Shown here piece after piece: positions 25,226 through 38,628 of a stretch of 64,000 nt of DNA (position 1 is its first letter; each line of letters begins with the position of its first letter). A model generated the notes under the pieces. It saw only the letters and a program-made list of their open reading frames with translations, was not told the origin of the DNA and made no database searches. A program made the position numbers and the translations under genes. The stretch is from Octopus vulgaris (lineage: Eukaryota): contig OX597817.1 of assembly GCA_951406725.2 (NCBI GenBank), forward strand, positions 58,156,001 through 58,220,000, read 5' to 3'.

Positions 25226-25859
25226 CTCAACAGCAACAGCAACCAGCAACAGCACTCCCATCATCCTCCGCCTCATCATCCGCCTCATCATCATATCATA
25301 ACCACCACCACCAATTCCATCATCATAACCATCACCACTACCATTGCAATCAGGGCAAGTGTCTTCTACTATAGCCTTGGGCTCATCAAAGCCTTGTGAG
25401 TGGATTTAGTAGATGGAAACTGAAAGAAGCCCATTGTATGGGTGTGTGTGTATGTGTCTTCATATTGTGTGATAGTTATAAATGAGTGTCACTGTCATAC
25501 AAGCAGTGTTGTTCATTCCTAATATTCTACAAAAAAGATGTTTGGCTATGGGGAAATATTTCTTTGCTTGTAAACAAGTAAGGGTTGGCAACAGGAAGAG
25601 CATCTGGTTGTAGAAAATCAGCCACGATAGGCTCTGCCTGATCCATACAAGTGTAGAAATGTAAACATAAATTGATGATGATGATGAAATAATTTGTTTG
25701 TTTATTTGTTCACTTGATTCACATCCATTTTCCCATGTTGGCATGGGTTAGACAAAGACTTATATGAGGCAGTATTTTAAGGAGATGCCCTTACTGTTGC
25801 CCAAACCTTACCTAATTTCCAGAAGTAAATCTCTCTCAGTGAACCTCATCTGATCCATG

Positions 25860-26490
25860 CAATGAATTTGAAATCGAAATCGAAATTGAATTCGAAATCG
25901 AACCACATCCGATGACTGGCACCCATGCCAACCTCCCTTCATTGGACACTAAACTCTGCTTGCGAAGACCTGTTGGAGCAAGTGAAATCAGAATCGAAAT
26001 TGAACCAAATTTGATGATTGGCACCCGGCAGTTGCCAGTGCCACTGGACTGACTCCTGTGCAGGTGGCAAGTAAAGAAACACCGTTTCGACCCTGTGCTT
26101 GAGGAGACCTATTGAGTCAAGTACATCAACATCAAAAATCAATGGAAATTGTAGTTGTGAACCCTGTGCTGGTGGCACATAAAAAGCACCATCCGAACAT
26201 GGCCAATGCCAGTGCCGCCTTGACTGGCTTCCATGCTGGTGGCACGTAAAAAGCACCAACCGATCGTGGCCGTTGCCAGCCTCGCCTGGCACCTGTGCCT
26301 GTGGCACATAAAAAGCACCCACTACACTCATGGAGTGGTTGGCGTTAGGAAGGGCATCCAGCTGTAGAAACACTGCCAGATCAGACTGGAGCCTGGTGCA
26401 GTCTTCTGGCTTCTCAGACCCCGGTGGAACTGTCCAACTGATGCTAGCATAGAACACAGACGTTAAACGATGATGATGATGATGACAATG
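25860..26490 (+). mobile_element. RTE LINE 3' UTR, long copy
   Basis: Near-identical inverted match to 11835-12440; (GAT)n tail at ~26470. Confidence 0.88.
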
Positions 26491-27000
26491 ATGAATGCTA
26501 AGAAGTGTATATAATATGGGAGTAGACATTGGTTGATGCAGTTCTCATGGAGAAAGCAAGATAATACAAGTTGATACGTGTTCATACGAGTCAGACTGCG
26601 GTCTTTTGTAACTAAGATTGAGAATTTCCATAACAATTCCTTGTTTTCATCAATTGTTTATCAGATATGTGCGTAATTGTGTATATAATTCTTTACATAT
26701 ATGTATGTATATTCATGTAGAAGTATATAGAAATATATACATACAAAAATAATTTACAGCCTCTGTATATATTATATATGAGTGAGCATGGGTTTATTTA
26801 TATTTATGTCATATTGTGTATGTTTGCATGTGTGTATTTGTATATACACACATTTATGTGTACATGTGTGTACATAGATATATATATGCATGTGTGTTTG
26901 CTTTCTATATATATATATATATATGTCATATATATATACATGCATTTATGTGTGCATGTGTGTATGTATATATGCATATATATATATATATATATACAAA

Positions 27001-27127
<127 letters not shown>

Positions 27128-27228
27128 AGCCTGGTGCAGTTGCTGGCTCTCCAGACCTCAGTCAAACCATCCAACCCATGCAAGCATGGAATACGGATGT
27201 TAAAGGATGACGATGATAATGATGATGA

Positions 27229-27262
<34 letters not shown>

Positions 27263-27673
27263 ACTGGTAAACCAGGGTGGTGGGGGGGGGGGGGCTGCAC
27301 CAGGTTCCAATCTGATTTGGCATGGTTTCTACAGCTGGATGACCTTCCTAATGCCAACAACTCCGAGAGTGTAGTGGGTGCTTTTTTATGTGCCATTAAT
27401 CTGTCACCAATATCAGCCACAACTACAGTCTCACTTGACTTGACAGGTCAACACTAGCATGGCATATTGCCAAGGGTCTTGGTCACCTGTCACTGCCTCC
27501 ATATATTATATCGTATACGATATTATACATATTATAAACACATATATTATATGAATCTACATGACTACAGATACCCATACATTTATAAACAGTATATCTT
27601 AATTTCTATGTAAACGTCTGCATAACAAAACATGTGTGTGAATATATATATATATATATATATATACATACAT

Positions 27674-27721
<48 letters not shown>

Positions 27722-27743
27722 ATGTGTGTGTGTGCGTGTATGC

Positions 27744-27780
<37 letters not shown>

Positions 27781-29049
27781 GTATGTATGTATGTATATAT
27801 ATGTATATATGTATATATATATATATAAATATTTATACATATGTGTGTGTATGTGAGTGTGTGCATATATATACATACTGCCATAGGTTGGACAATGTAT
27901 GTATATGCATATATCCACCATAGCTATAAACTACTCTTGTTTCTGCTGATATGCCTGTACATGCATATATATATGCAGACATATATATTTACATAGAAAT
28001 GTGTATAAGTGTGTGTGTGTGTATTGTATACATAAATGCACGTATACATAAACACTATTATTGACATATATATATATATATATATACACATACAAAGGGA
28101 TATTTGCAGCTGTTATAGGAATTCTTAATGAAAAGCCGATATATCCCAATTCTTATAATGATGTAATTTCCCCTTTCAGTCTATCAGATGTGTATTCTTG
28201 GTTTCCAGTGGCAATTGGCAATTCTCTGCTGCACCATCATCGCTATGACGACCAATGAAATCATAATTACGATGATGAGAGCAGCTACCATCCCACTTCA
28301 ATGTGGTCAGTTTTGTAGTTGTTGCTGTTGTTAACACGGCCATTACAGTTGTCAGTCTCTCAGTTAATAACAGGCTTAAATGTCTTCGTGTATCTCGTTA
28401 TCAATGCAAGAGAATGATGGAGAAAGAGATGGAAAGAAAGATAATGAAAGAGAGGAGAAAAAGAGAGGGAGACAGAGTGATAAAGAGAGAGAGAGAGTGT
28501 GTGTGTGATAGATAGATAGATAGATAGATAGAGAGAGATAGATAGTGGGAGACAGAGATAGAGAGACAGAGAGACAGAGTTGGTGTGGAAGACTGTCTGA
28601 AGTAGAAACTGTTAAATTATGGTCTGGCGATTAAATGATGCCCATTAGGAGAAAACAGTTTACATCCCATCATTCTGGCTATTGATGTTAAAACAACGTC
28701 CCAAATAGCAAAACGCTGAAATTCTTCTTGGCTTTCATTTCGTGATAAGATACTATTTCGGACCCAGGCAGTCACCGACCCTTTACAAAGGTCAAGAGTA
28801 ATTGTGATCTATATGTGTGTGTGAGTGTGTGCTTATGTATGTATGAGTACGTGTGTAAATATATATGTGTGTGTGTGTGTGTGCATATATATATATATAT
28901 ATACATATTTAGAGAGAGAGAGAGAGAGAGAGAGAGCAATAAGAAAATGGAGGGGATCAATAGGCGGTTCATCAACTTTTAGACATTATATTATATCAAC
29001 TTATTTATTTACTAAAATGACAATTACAAGAATATACATATACATACAT

Positions 29050-29131
<82 letters not shown>

Positions 29132-29232
29132 ATAGATATAGAAAGATAGATATGAATACGTACAAACATATATATATTTCTATATATACATATATACCTA
29201 CACACACACACACACATGCACACACTCACACA

Positions 29233-29722
29233 TACGGGGTGTGGTGAATATATTGTCATCTAAAATACACAAAAATGAAAATAATACTGACATTTCATTT
29301 TTACAGATATATTTACCAAAATTACATAAAAAATATCTTGCTCAACCACGGCCTCCAAACGGCTTTGGAATCTGCAACTCTTCTGGATGGTCTGCTTGTT
29401 TAAGTTGGTGAATCTTTGCCTTCAGTTCATCTCTCGTGTTACAGGGAGTTTTTTTTAGTGGTCTCTCACTCAACTGTGCTGCCCACATAATAATCAAGGG
29501 GGTTGCAGTCTTGGGAGTTAGGTGGCCAGATGTTAGGGGTGGTGTGGTCACAGAAATTGTGTGACAGCAAGTTGTCTTTGGCATGGTGCAGAGTGCTGTT
29601 GTCAGACATAGGATCTTCCAGCAGCCACCCTCTTGATCCAGGGCAGCACTACCTCCTGCAGGCACTTGGTGTAGGCCTCCATGTTGAGTCTGAGGTCATG
29701 TGGGAAGATGAATGGAGGCATT
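29233..29722 (-). pseudogene. Tc1/mariner (maT-like) transposase C-terminus with TIR
   Basis: Reverse complement of 15970-16321 plus upstream region (QQDPMSDNSTLHHA, WPPNSQDCNPLDYYVG). Confidence 0.82.
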
Positions 29723-29919
29723 CACAAAGGAATAGAAAGAGACAGACTACCTGAAGACTATGAAAATATTTACCTATTTAAAGACTAAGGAAATATCTAC
29801 AAAACATTTCACTCAACTTTTTTTCTCCAATTTAATTGTTTTCCTTATTTTAGTCATTGTTGAAAAAGTCTAAAAGTCGGAAACTGGTACTAAAATGTAT
29901 TTCATGATAAAATTATTTT

Positions 29920-30707
29920 GGGGCTAATGCAGTTTGCACCTCTTCTTGAAAAATGCATTTTTTTGAAAAATTTTTTCGTATTCCTACATTTTGGATATCA
30001 AAGATTATGAATATGCAAAAAAATAAAAAGTTTAATTTCATCCCCCTTCCTTTTTCACCATTTAAATTTTTTATTTTGTTTTCCTTCAAAGAGATCATAG
30101 TGAACTGGCGAACATATGCAAATAAAAATTAAATACAGACAAAAAGATTAAAGTGAAAAGAATTAGCATTTTACTTGTTTGCCTTAATTAATTGTAAATA
30201 ATAATTTAATGTAAATACACCATTTTATGAGAAACAAACATTAATATTTAATAATTAGTGTTATAAAGTTTAATAAGGGACTCAAATTTCACCCCCTCCC
30301 CAACTTTAAATTTTGAACTTTTTCATCCATTTATTTATTTATGTCTGTCTGTTTATTCATAAAATATATTAGTCAACTAATTTTGTTGTCTTTAGACCCA
30401 GGAAGACATTGATATCTAGCTATCTCTTTATCTTTATACACATATCTATATTCTTATTGAATTAAAAAGTTTCAAAATGTGGTTTCTTGCATATTCGGAA
30501 TCTCCATCATCTTAAACATAGGGAGAGAAAAATTTCCAAAAAGTTTAAAATTTTAAGGGGAGGGGTAGAAGTGAGGTGGGGTGGGGGTGTTAACATTTTT
30601 CTTTTTGCATACTCCTAATTTTGGACATCTAAAACATAGGAATCTGAAAAAAATTTTTGGGAAAAAAATGCATTTTTCAAGGAGAGGTGTGAAACTGCAT
30701 TAACCCC
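29920..30707. mobile_element. MITE with ~100-bp TIRs (Merlin/MULE-like)
   Basis: GGGGCTAATGCAGTTTGCACCTCTTCTTGAAAAATGCATTTTT / AAAAATGCATTTTTCAAGGAGAGGTGTGAAACTGCATTAACCCC; 8-bp TSD ATTATTTT/GTTATTTT. Confidence 0.8.
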
Positions 30708-31323
30708 GTTATTTTAGCATTTTCTACCTTGTCTTATTTTCCTTATACATATCAACTCCAGTGTTACTTTTCTACCTTCTACACAAACACACACACACAC
30801 ACATATCGGAGGTAGACAAAAATCGTCCCAGCAGTAGCATTTATATCTAGTTGGACTTCGTCACTTGTATGTACAGACAGACAATCGCATGCTAAGATGA
30901 CACACTGATAGCTATTTCGGTCAAATACTGTTTCTGTTGCATACAACGAATTTCCATCCAACCGGGCGGCAATTTGAAATACCAGTGGGTTTTTTTTTTA
31001 ATCACTGTTTTCTATGCGGTTGACTGTGAGTACATACTACTGACAATGCTCAGCGACGCAGAAATGCATCTAACATTCTCACCAACTGGTGCTTGGATGG
31101 TTTTCGTCTGCCTCCGATATATATTGTGTTTTTAGCACAACACATCCATAAGAGACATCTTCAGATGAATACTACAGTACATTTGCTTTTTACAACGGAC
31201 AATTGTGTGTGTGTGTGCTGTTGTATTTCGGGATGGTCATTTTTCTTTTTGTCAAATAAACACACGCACTATATATTTGTTATTTGCTCGTTTATAACTG
31301 TTCTTATTTTAACTCATGCCCAT

Positions 31324-31368
31324 TGTCGGGAAATCTTTCGTCACACGTCTGTGACCTCTTCAGCGACA
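31324..31368 (-). ncRNA. Hammerhead-like motif, non-canonical
   Basis: TGTCG CTGAAGA G GTCAC AGACGT GTGAC GAAA GATT TC C CGACA: stems I and II pair, but extra nucleotides occur at both junctions. Confidence 0.4.
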
Positions 31369-31569
31369 CTTTGTGGTCACATATCTATGGCGAAAGATTT
31401 CCACTTACAGGTCGATTTTTATTGTGACTTCAAGAGAATTCAGGGTATGTATTTGGTCTTTCATAAGCCTATCGAGCGGGTGGCCGTTCATGACTCCGGG
31501 TATTGCTAAATCTTTGTCTCTGTAGATAGAAAGGAAGTGCCAGTGATTACAGCAGCAAGCAGAAAGTAC

Positions 31570-31910
31570 CGGAGAGGTTTAAACCTTACTTCAATAGCAG
31601 CGTTTCACTTCGATCCATAAACTCAGCTTTGTCATCCGCAGCATCCATTACACTGAACTTCTTTCAGAAATCTCTAACAGTAGGTTTATCCTCCTTGTCA
31701 ATTATTTCTATAAGTTGTTTGAAATCCTTCTCAGAAAATCTGCTTTAAATTAAGCTTTCACACTTCGATCCATTTATTCCATTGGCTGGATCGAAGAAAT
31801 CGTGCAGTTGGGGATATATTCTGCTCTCCCATTATCAGAGAAATCATTTAAGCTCACTGGGTGGCTTAGTGCATTGTCGAAAGAAACAAGGCTTTGTTGG
31901 AAATATATCT
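31570..31910 (-). pseudogene. Tigger/pogo DDE transposase fragment
   Basis: FDNALSHPVSLNDFSDNGRAEYIPNCTISSIQPM (cf. DNAPSHP...PPNTTSLIQPMD), then FKQLIEIIDKEDKPTVRDF*KKFSVMDA. Confidence 0.8.
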
Positions 31911-31971
31911 TTACAAAAAATGTTTTTACGGAAAATTGGGTAGATTTAAAAGATTTCAAAACTACACATTG

Positions 31972-32011
<40 letters not shown>

Positions 32012-32194
32012 TGCTTTTTTTTGCCTTCTTTCCCCAGTTGCAGCTTCTTGCTATTTTATTTAAGATCAAAATAGTTAACAATTTGGAAAACTATAATCAC
32101 AAAACATTCAAAAGTACACTCACATTCATACACACACATACACACATAGAAAGAGACATATGTGCATTCATGCATACATACAAACATACATAAG

Positions 32195-32266
<72 letters not shown>

Positions 32267-32797
32267 TACATACATACGTGTGTGTGTGTGTTTACAATTG
32301 TTTGTATGTGCCTTACTAAGCACCGACAATGAGGTAGAATTTTTCACTGTTAAAGCTCTAAGACATCTTCCTGTTTGAATGCTAAATGAGGCAAATTAAA
32401 TTTAAGAAATCCCTTAGATTGCCGGAGTGATACACTGTTAAGGGTTTTCATTTCATATCACCAGCAGAATTTCCTCCCAGAAGAAACATCTGAAGAATTT
32501 TGGGGGACTTAAACCATGATATAAGAGACGATAATATTGTACACCCTGTTAGCAAAATAATGAATGAAGTCAACACCAGTAATTCCTATAACCGAAAACA
32601 CACAAATTCAAACTCTACAATCAACCTATAAAAAGAGAGATATTTATTTTTCTTATACAGAATCGAAAGTCAGTTCTCAATGGAAAGATAACGTAAATAG
32701 TGGCAATGGCGCTCTTAATAGTGTAGAAACAAACGATAACCGCAAAACTTGAAACTCGTATGAACACTCATCTATTTTATAAAATAATGACTTAAAT

Positions 32798-33266
32798 TGT
32801 AACTTTAGAACAACTTCTGCTTGCCCTTTTTAGAGGCAACAGCTTACTATGTAACATTATCTACAGATGCAGCGACATTACAAAAAATAATACCCATTAT
32901 TACATAGGATCTACTTCTAATTCTTTTAAGTATCGTTACAACTTACATACACACGGTTTTAGGAATATCAAACTACGTAATTCAACTAGACTGGCGAAGT
33001 ATATCTTTAATCTTAACTCTGCAAATTCAAAATACTTTCTACTCTGGGGTATCGTAACTAGAGGCCCCTCTTACTCTGAAAATAAGAAAGATTGCAAATT
33101 ATGTTCTACAGAAACATTTCGTATTTTATTAACTAACAAAAAGTTTCTTATCCGAAATGAGAATTTTTTGTCTTACAAGTACAAAATACTAAAGTCATTT
33201 AAATTCTACGAATACAATTCTACACAGATGAAGCAGGATGATAATCGACTGCATTCTTTCAGCTAA
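32798..33266 (+). pseudogene. Penelope-like retroelement GIY-YIG endonuclease (one frameshift at ~32831)
   Basis: CNFRTTSACP/RGNSLLCNIIYRC...YYIGSTSNSFKYRYNLHTHGF...STRLAKYIFNL...WGIV...Y....CKLCSTE; open from 32832 to TAA at 33264-33266; absent from the ORF track. Confidence 0.85.
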
Positions 33267-33685
33267 CTAAAAATAACGCTACTATAAGAACATAGGAAGT
33301 TTTTCAAATAACAGCAATATAAAATCAATATATCCTCAATACATCAGTAAACAATATACACACCGGTAAGTTTCTTTATGCGCGATCGTACGAGAGAGAA
33401 TGTGTGTGTGTGTGTGTGTATAGGTCATATGTCGGTCTAATTTTTAAGCAAGTATACCCATACATACACACACAGTTCAAATTTACAGAAAACAAAAGGC
33501 GAAGACAGGTGTAGGAACAACAAGTAGGTGTATTAGTTCAACGCTCGGGAAGAATGAAAAAAGTCTTTTACGTTTCGAGGAAACAAATGGAGAGAGACTG
33601 GAAAAAAACAGACACACACGCGCGCGCGCGCGCACACACACACACGCACATACATACATATAATATATGTACATTCATTTACTCA

Positions 33686-34058
33686 ATAACTTGTTTCAGT
33701 CATTTGACTGCGGCCATGCTGAAGCACCGCCTTTAGTCGAGCAAATCGACCCCGGGACTTATTCTTTGTAAGCCCAGTACTTATTCTATCGGTCTCTTTT
33801 GCCGAACCGCTAAGTTACGGGGACGTAACGTAAACACACCAGAATCGGTTGTCAAGCAATGCCAGGGGGACTAACACAGACACACAAACATATACACATA
33901 CAGGCTTCGTTCAGTTTCCGTCTACCAAATCCACTCACAAGGCATTGGTCGGCCCGAGGCTATAGTAGAAGACACTTGCCCAAGATGCCACGCAGTGGGA
34001 CTGAACCCGAAACCATGTGGTTGGTAAGCAAGCTACTTACCACACAGCCACTCCTGCG
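33686..34058 (-). mobile_element. SINE family B, full length
   Basis: Minus strand starts GCAGGAGTGGCTGTGTGGTAAGTAGC, B box GGTTCAGTCCC, CORE-like CTTGGGCAAGTGTCTT, ends CAGTCAAATGACTGAAACAAG. Confidence 0.9.
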
Positions 34059-34105
34059 CGTATATATACATATATATATATATATGTATGCATATGTATA
34101 CATAT

Positions 34106-34253
34106 TGCAGTGGTGGACACCCCCAGGTGAGCAGTGGGCTGGTCCATTACTAATAAATAGTGGACTGATACAGTCAGTAATGTGAGTGAAGGTACGCTGT
34201 TCGGGCCAGTCCCGCAGACGACGAAATACATCGTCGTAATGCGGGACATAACA
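34106..34253 (+). mobile_element. Short LTR (TG...CA) of a probable Gypsy-type retrotransposon
   Basis: TG start, AATAAA at ~34152, strong hairpin 34209-34247, AACA end followed by a PBS. Confidence 0.65.
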
Positions 34254-34254
34254 G

Positions 34255-34267
34255 TGGCGACGAGGAT
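34255..34267 (+). promoter_or_regulatory. Primer binding site complementary to the tRNA-Ser(GCU) 3' end
   Basis: TGGCGACGAGGAT is the reverse complement of ...ATCCTCGTCGCCA. Confidence 0.7.
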
Positions 34268-34338
34268 ACCTCACACTGTATAAAAGTGTCATTATAACAG
34301 CGGTAACGGGGTTACGAACGCTCATAGGTGTGTCGAAA

Positions 34339-35125
34339 TGGAAGACCTACGTTCAAGAACAATGAAAGAAAGTTTGAAGAATTCGATCTCTAACACAGAA
34401 TTGAACTACTCATGGTGAAAAGTAATATACACACAGAAAAAAAATATATTAAAAAAAGAAGATCCCGAAGAAAAAAAATGTCTGATAAAACTGGAACTCT
34501 AGACAGAACTGAACTACACACGGTGAAAAATAATTCTGTGTGAAAGAAAAAAAATAATAAGTCCGTTCGAAGGATTTATGAGTCAGGATGCTATATGTAG
34601 TAGCGCTATTAGTAATAATGTAGACTTGGTACTACCTGCGGCATTTTGAAAAAAAAAATTGGTTCTGTGTGGAACAAAAATAAATAAATAATAACAATAA
34701 GCTTGTGCGATAAATAATTCTGTTTAGAAGAAAAAAATGAACAAGAATTAACGATACATTTAAAGCAAGTCCTACAAGAAGATTTCAAACGTAAGCAGAT
34801 ATCAACTGCTGAAATTGAAAACGAACCAGTTGCTAAGAAAGTCAACATGGACAAAGAAAACGCAAGCCATTTTGTGATTGAGGACACTAAACAAGTCCTC
34901 CTTGAAAAGACGCGAGATGAAATGTTGATGGAAGTGGCTAGTGAAGAACACGTTGCAGAAAATTCTCAAATTAGAGAATCTGAACCATCTGTTCCTTCTA
35001 CTGAAAATGCTTCGTTGAGGAATCGTTCAAATGCAAACACTTTAAAAGATAATGAAAGTTTGCAGGTAACCGATCCAGTTTCAGCCGAGAAAAGTGTAAC
35101 GAAAGGAAAGGTCGTAGAAATGAAT
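34339..35125 (+). pseudogene. Degenerate internal ORF of the LTR element (gag-position), truncated
   Basis: Coding-like E/K/N-rich sequence right after the PBS, including ORF 34847-35120; internal ~100-bp duplication at 34395-34530; no diagnostic motif. Confidence 0.4.
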
Positions 35126-35619
35126 ATATATATATATACACACACACACACATACATATACATACATACAGGGAGGTAGATATGTTCAGTACAGAAAACA
35201 CATGGTAGCTTCCAAATGAATTTAAACTTAAACTCCGAATTCTTCATCCAGGACAAGGTCCATGGGGTCACAAGTGGCTATAAAAGAAATCCTTTGCCGC
35301 CCTTCTCTTGATGAGGGAAGCTGGACTTTTTTGTAATATATTTGTGTGACTGTTTACTGGTTGCAAACACAAAACTTTGCATATCCCATCTACCAAGTAT
35401 GAATGTCACAAAATTTCAAGCTTCCTGAAAGAACTGTCAAGTTCAGAAATTATGTATTTTCTTCTTAATATTTTGTATTTTTTTGTGCTCTACGTGAATA
35501 TATTTCTATATTTCTATATAAATATAAATATGCATGTGTGTGTGTATGTATGTATGTATGTATGTATGTATGTATGTATGTATGTATGTATGTATGTATG
35601 TCAGGTCACTTTCGAGTTC

Positions 35620-36070
35620 TACTGGTAACATGTAACCCAGTACAACCTGTTGCATGGTCGGGTCGTCGGCGACTAAACCGGCAACCCCACCAAGCTTGCT
35701 TGGTGAGGAGGTGTTTATTGGACACCCTGCGGGATGAAAAACAAAACCCGTCAAAGGGTGGAGGAACTCTTGAGTGTCAACGGCCATCCAATAAATGTCT
35801 TAAGGCTGTATCATGCGCGGGGACATAGAAATAATCGGACTTAATACCCGATCGCGCGGTTAAACCATTGGGAGTGAAGGACTCCTAGCCTTTGTTAGGG
35901 CATCCTTCTAGGAGAAGGTAACTGGGATAACTCCGACATTAAACCTGCGGCTCAGTGGTTACCGATGATGTTGACTTGTTCTTCTTTTCGGATTATGGCT
36001 GCTGTTGCTTAGTGAGTAGGATTGACTCGGTGCACAGCCTTTCCTCACTTAAAAAAAATCTTCTTGCACA
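35620..36070 (+). mobile_element. RTE LINE 5' UTR fragment
   Basis: AGGGCATCCTTCTAGGAGAAGGTAACT...AAACC and TTTCCTCACTTAAAAAAAATC resemble RTE/BovB 5' UTR motifs; ends at the MITE. Confidence 0.6.
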
Positions 36071-37253
36071 GGCATTGCACGATAACAACATTGGGATCTT
36101 TTCATTTCCAAGACCTGTTTTGTCAGATTTTTCTAGTTAACTAAATAATTTGAAACTTCGTATACTGGTAGAATGTCTCAAAAGAAAACACTAATTTTAA
36201 CTTGTTTATTTGAGAAAAATGTATTTTATAACTTTAAGGGTAGATTAAATCTGCGAATTTTAACCAATCGTATTATTTGTTTTCATTTGAAATAATTAAC
36301 TGCATTATCTTAGTGTGACGTAGACAGCTGTGCGTAGGTCTGTGTTTTGTGTGCGTGTGTGTGTGTTTGATGGGGTGTGGGAGACAGAAAGTATGTTATG
36401 TAAGTGAAGTACTTCTGTTAGTGTGTGTGAAGAGACAGAGAGAGTAATGTGTGAAAGAGAGAGATAACTGAAATTTTTACTCGGTGTATGTGTATATGTA
36501 TGTATGCATGTATGTGTGTGTGTGTGTATGTATCTATGTATGTGTGTGTGTATGTATGTGTGTGTGTGTGTGTATGTATGTATGGCCGATTCAGTGTTTA
36601 CATTATTTCGAGTTAAAACGAAAGATTACCAAAAAGAATTTTGTCTATATCTTCGATCACTGTCATTATTCCATTGAGTCAACCTCATTATTTTCTACAT
36701 AGCAAAGGTAATCTTTCGTTTTAACTCGAAATAATGTAAACACTGAATCGGCCATACATACATACATACATACACACACACATACATACACACACATACG
36801 AAAGATTGCCAAAGATAAAAAGTTACACGAATAAAGTAAGGAATAAAAATCACAAAAAATATACGAAAATTTACAAAAACTAAGTTAGTTATATAATATA
36901 TAAGTTAGTTAATAATATAATAAAAAAATGTGAATAGAAACTGAAGGAATACGGGTGTTTACATTTCACGTATGTTAAAGACGTCAGCAAAATAGCCGTT
37001 TACGTCTATTGAGACGGAGTAAATAATATGAAGCCGAAAGACCGAATACCATTGGTTAAAATTCTAATTATTAAACAACGTTAAACTTTGAAATTACAAT
37101 TCCGTTTTCATTCTGGTTTACAATTATGTTTTCTTTTGACACATTCTACCAGTATACGAAGTTTCAAATTGTTTGGTTAAGTAGGAAAAATCTGAAAAAA
37201 CAGGCCTTGGAAATGAAAAGATCCCAACATTGATTAAGCTTCGTGCAATGGCC
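36071..37253. mobile_element. Fold-back MITE with ~200-bp imperfect TIRs
   Basis: TTGGGATCTTTTCATTTCCAAG...TTTGAAACTTCGTATACTGGTAGAATGT mirrored at 37140-37230. Confidence 0.85.
36575..36765. repeat. Internal inverted repeat, ~47-bp perfect unique arms plus mirrored TATG/CATA flanks
   Basis: GGCCGATTCAGTGTTTACATTATTTCGAGTTAAAACGAAAGATTACC / GGTAATCTTTCGTTTTAACTCGAAATAATGTAAACACTGAATCGGCC. Confidence 0.95.
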
Positions 37254-38002
37254 ATACTTGATAACGAGGGGGCAGCCACCATGTATGTATGTATGCATGC
37301 ATGCGCGTATATATGTATTTATTTATGTATGTATGTACTTGCCTTAACAATTAGCGCTCAATTAACAATTAAATCAATATATGACCTAGCGTATTCACCA
37401 AACCCACGAAAAGATCCTTAAATTTATTATAAACGAAACGTGGCTGAAGACTTTTTCTCCCCACCTCTCTCTCTCTTTCCTCGAATTGAGTGTTGCTATA
37501 TTCGTCTGTCTCACTGAAGAAATAAGAGAGAGTGTATTGGGCATTGGTGCGTATTTGAACTTCCACTATCCTTCGTATACGCTTAGACATTCGGATATAA
37601 ACATACATGCGTACATCAGTGGTTGTCAGTGAAGAAAATGTTATATATGTACATGGACGTATGTGAACGAGTGCGTGTGTACCGATGTATATATAAGTGC
37701 GTAATCTCCAGCCTTTTTATCCGCCACTAAATTCTAAGCTATTAATCATCATTAACGTGAACTCGACTCATTTGTTGACCTACAATGCTTTAGGTGTCAA
37801 TTTTTTTCTTTTCTCCAGACACCCTGACTATACTTACATCCATTTCCTCTTCCTTCCTTCCTTTCTCAGAAACAGTACAATAAAATTATTTTTCTTAACT
37901 GCTATATATAGGATGTTCTACTAAATTTACACGCAGTTTTCCTTTAGCTTTGTCAACCAAGTAATGTTGATAATTAACAACGGATTAAATTGCTATCTTT
38001 TT

Positions 38003-38086
38003 TTCTGAAGATCAGGTGATTATGTAATCGTTTATGTAACGATCACCGCATCACATACTAAATTACACCAGTGAAACACGTGTAAG
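38003..38086 (+). ncRNA. Degenerate type I hammerhead in a Penelope-like 3' end
   Basis: CTGAAGA TCAGGTG...CACCAGT GAAAC ACGT GTA; stem I weak; AATAAA at ~38110. Confidence 0.5.
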
Positions 38087-38554
38087 TATTATGTAATCTA
38101 TGACGCTATAATAAAGGCTTTCACTGAATCTCCTGCTTATTATACCCACGAATATACACTGTGTAAATTATTCAAATGAATTATGATAGTGAAAGAAAAT
38201 CGAAGGGCAAATTATATTTAATACTTAATAGGGCGTGAGATATGCATAGATTTACATGAGGTTCTTAACATTGGTTGGCTATAATACTATCGTATTCGAA
38301 ATATGTTTTTCAACACATACACACACACGCGCACACACACACATACACACACACACACACATACACACACACACACATACGCATATGCGCGCGCGCGAAA
38401 AATCGAAATGGAAAATGGAAACGATACACGGAAATATATTACACACAAATAACTGTGGTTTGAAGACTTAAGGTCCTGAAACAATTGTAACCAATATTAA
38501 ACAGTATGTTATACGCTCTCTCTCTCTCTCTCTCATTTTCTGCATATATGTGTA

Positions 38555-38616
<62 letters not shown>

Positions 38617-38628
38617 CATATATACATA

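Noticed and set aside
29749-29775. CTGAAGA CTAT GAAA hammerhead-like core
   Set aside because: No room for stem II and no stem I pairing
30802-31121. Short inverted ends enclosing GAAAT-AGCT-ATC on the minus strand
   Set aside because: The CTGANGA half is too decayed to call a ribozyme; possibly an old Penelope-type relic
33990-34058. tRNA-like sequence
   Set aside because: A/B boxes present, but it is a SINE head without a complete cloverleaf
35620-35720. Possible HDV-like ribozyme at the RTE 5' UTR
   Set aside because: Could not build the nested double pseudoknot by eye
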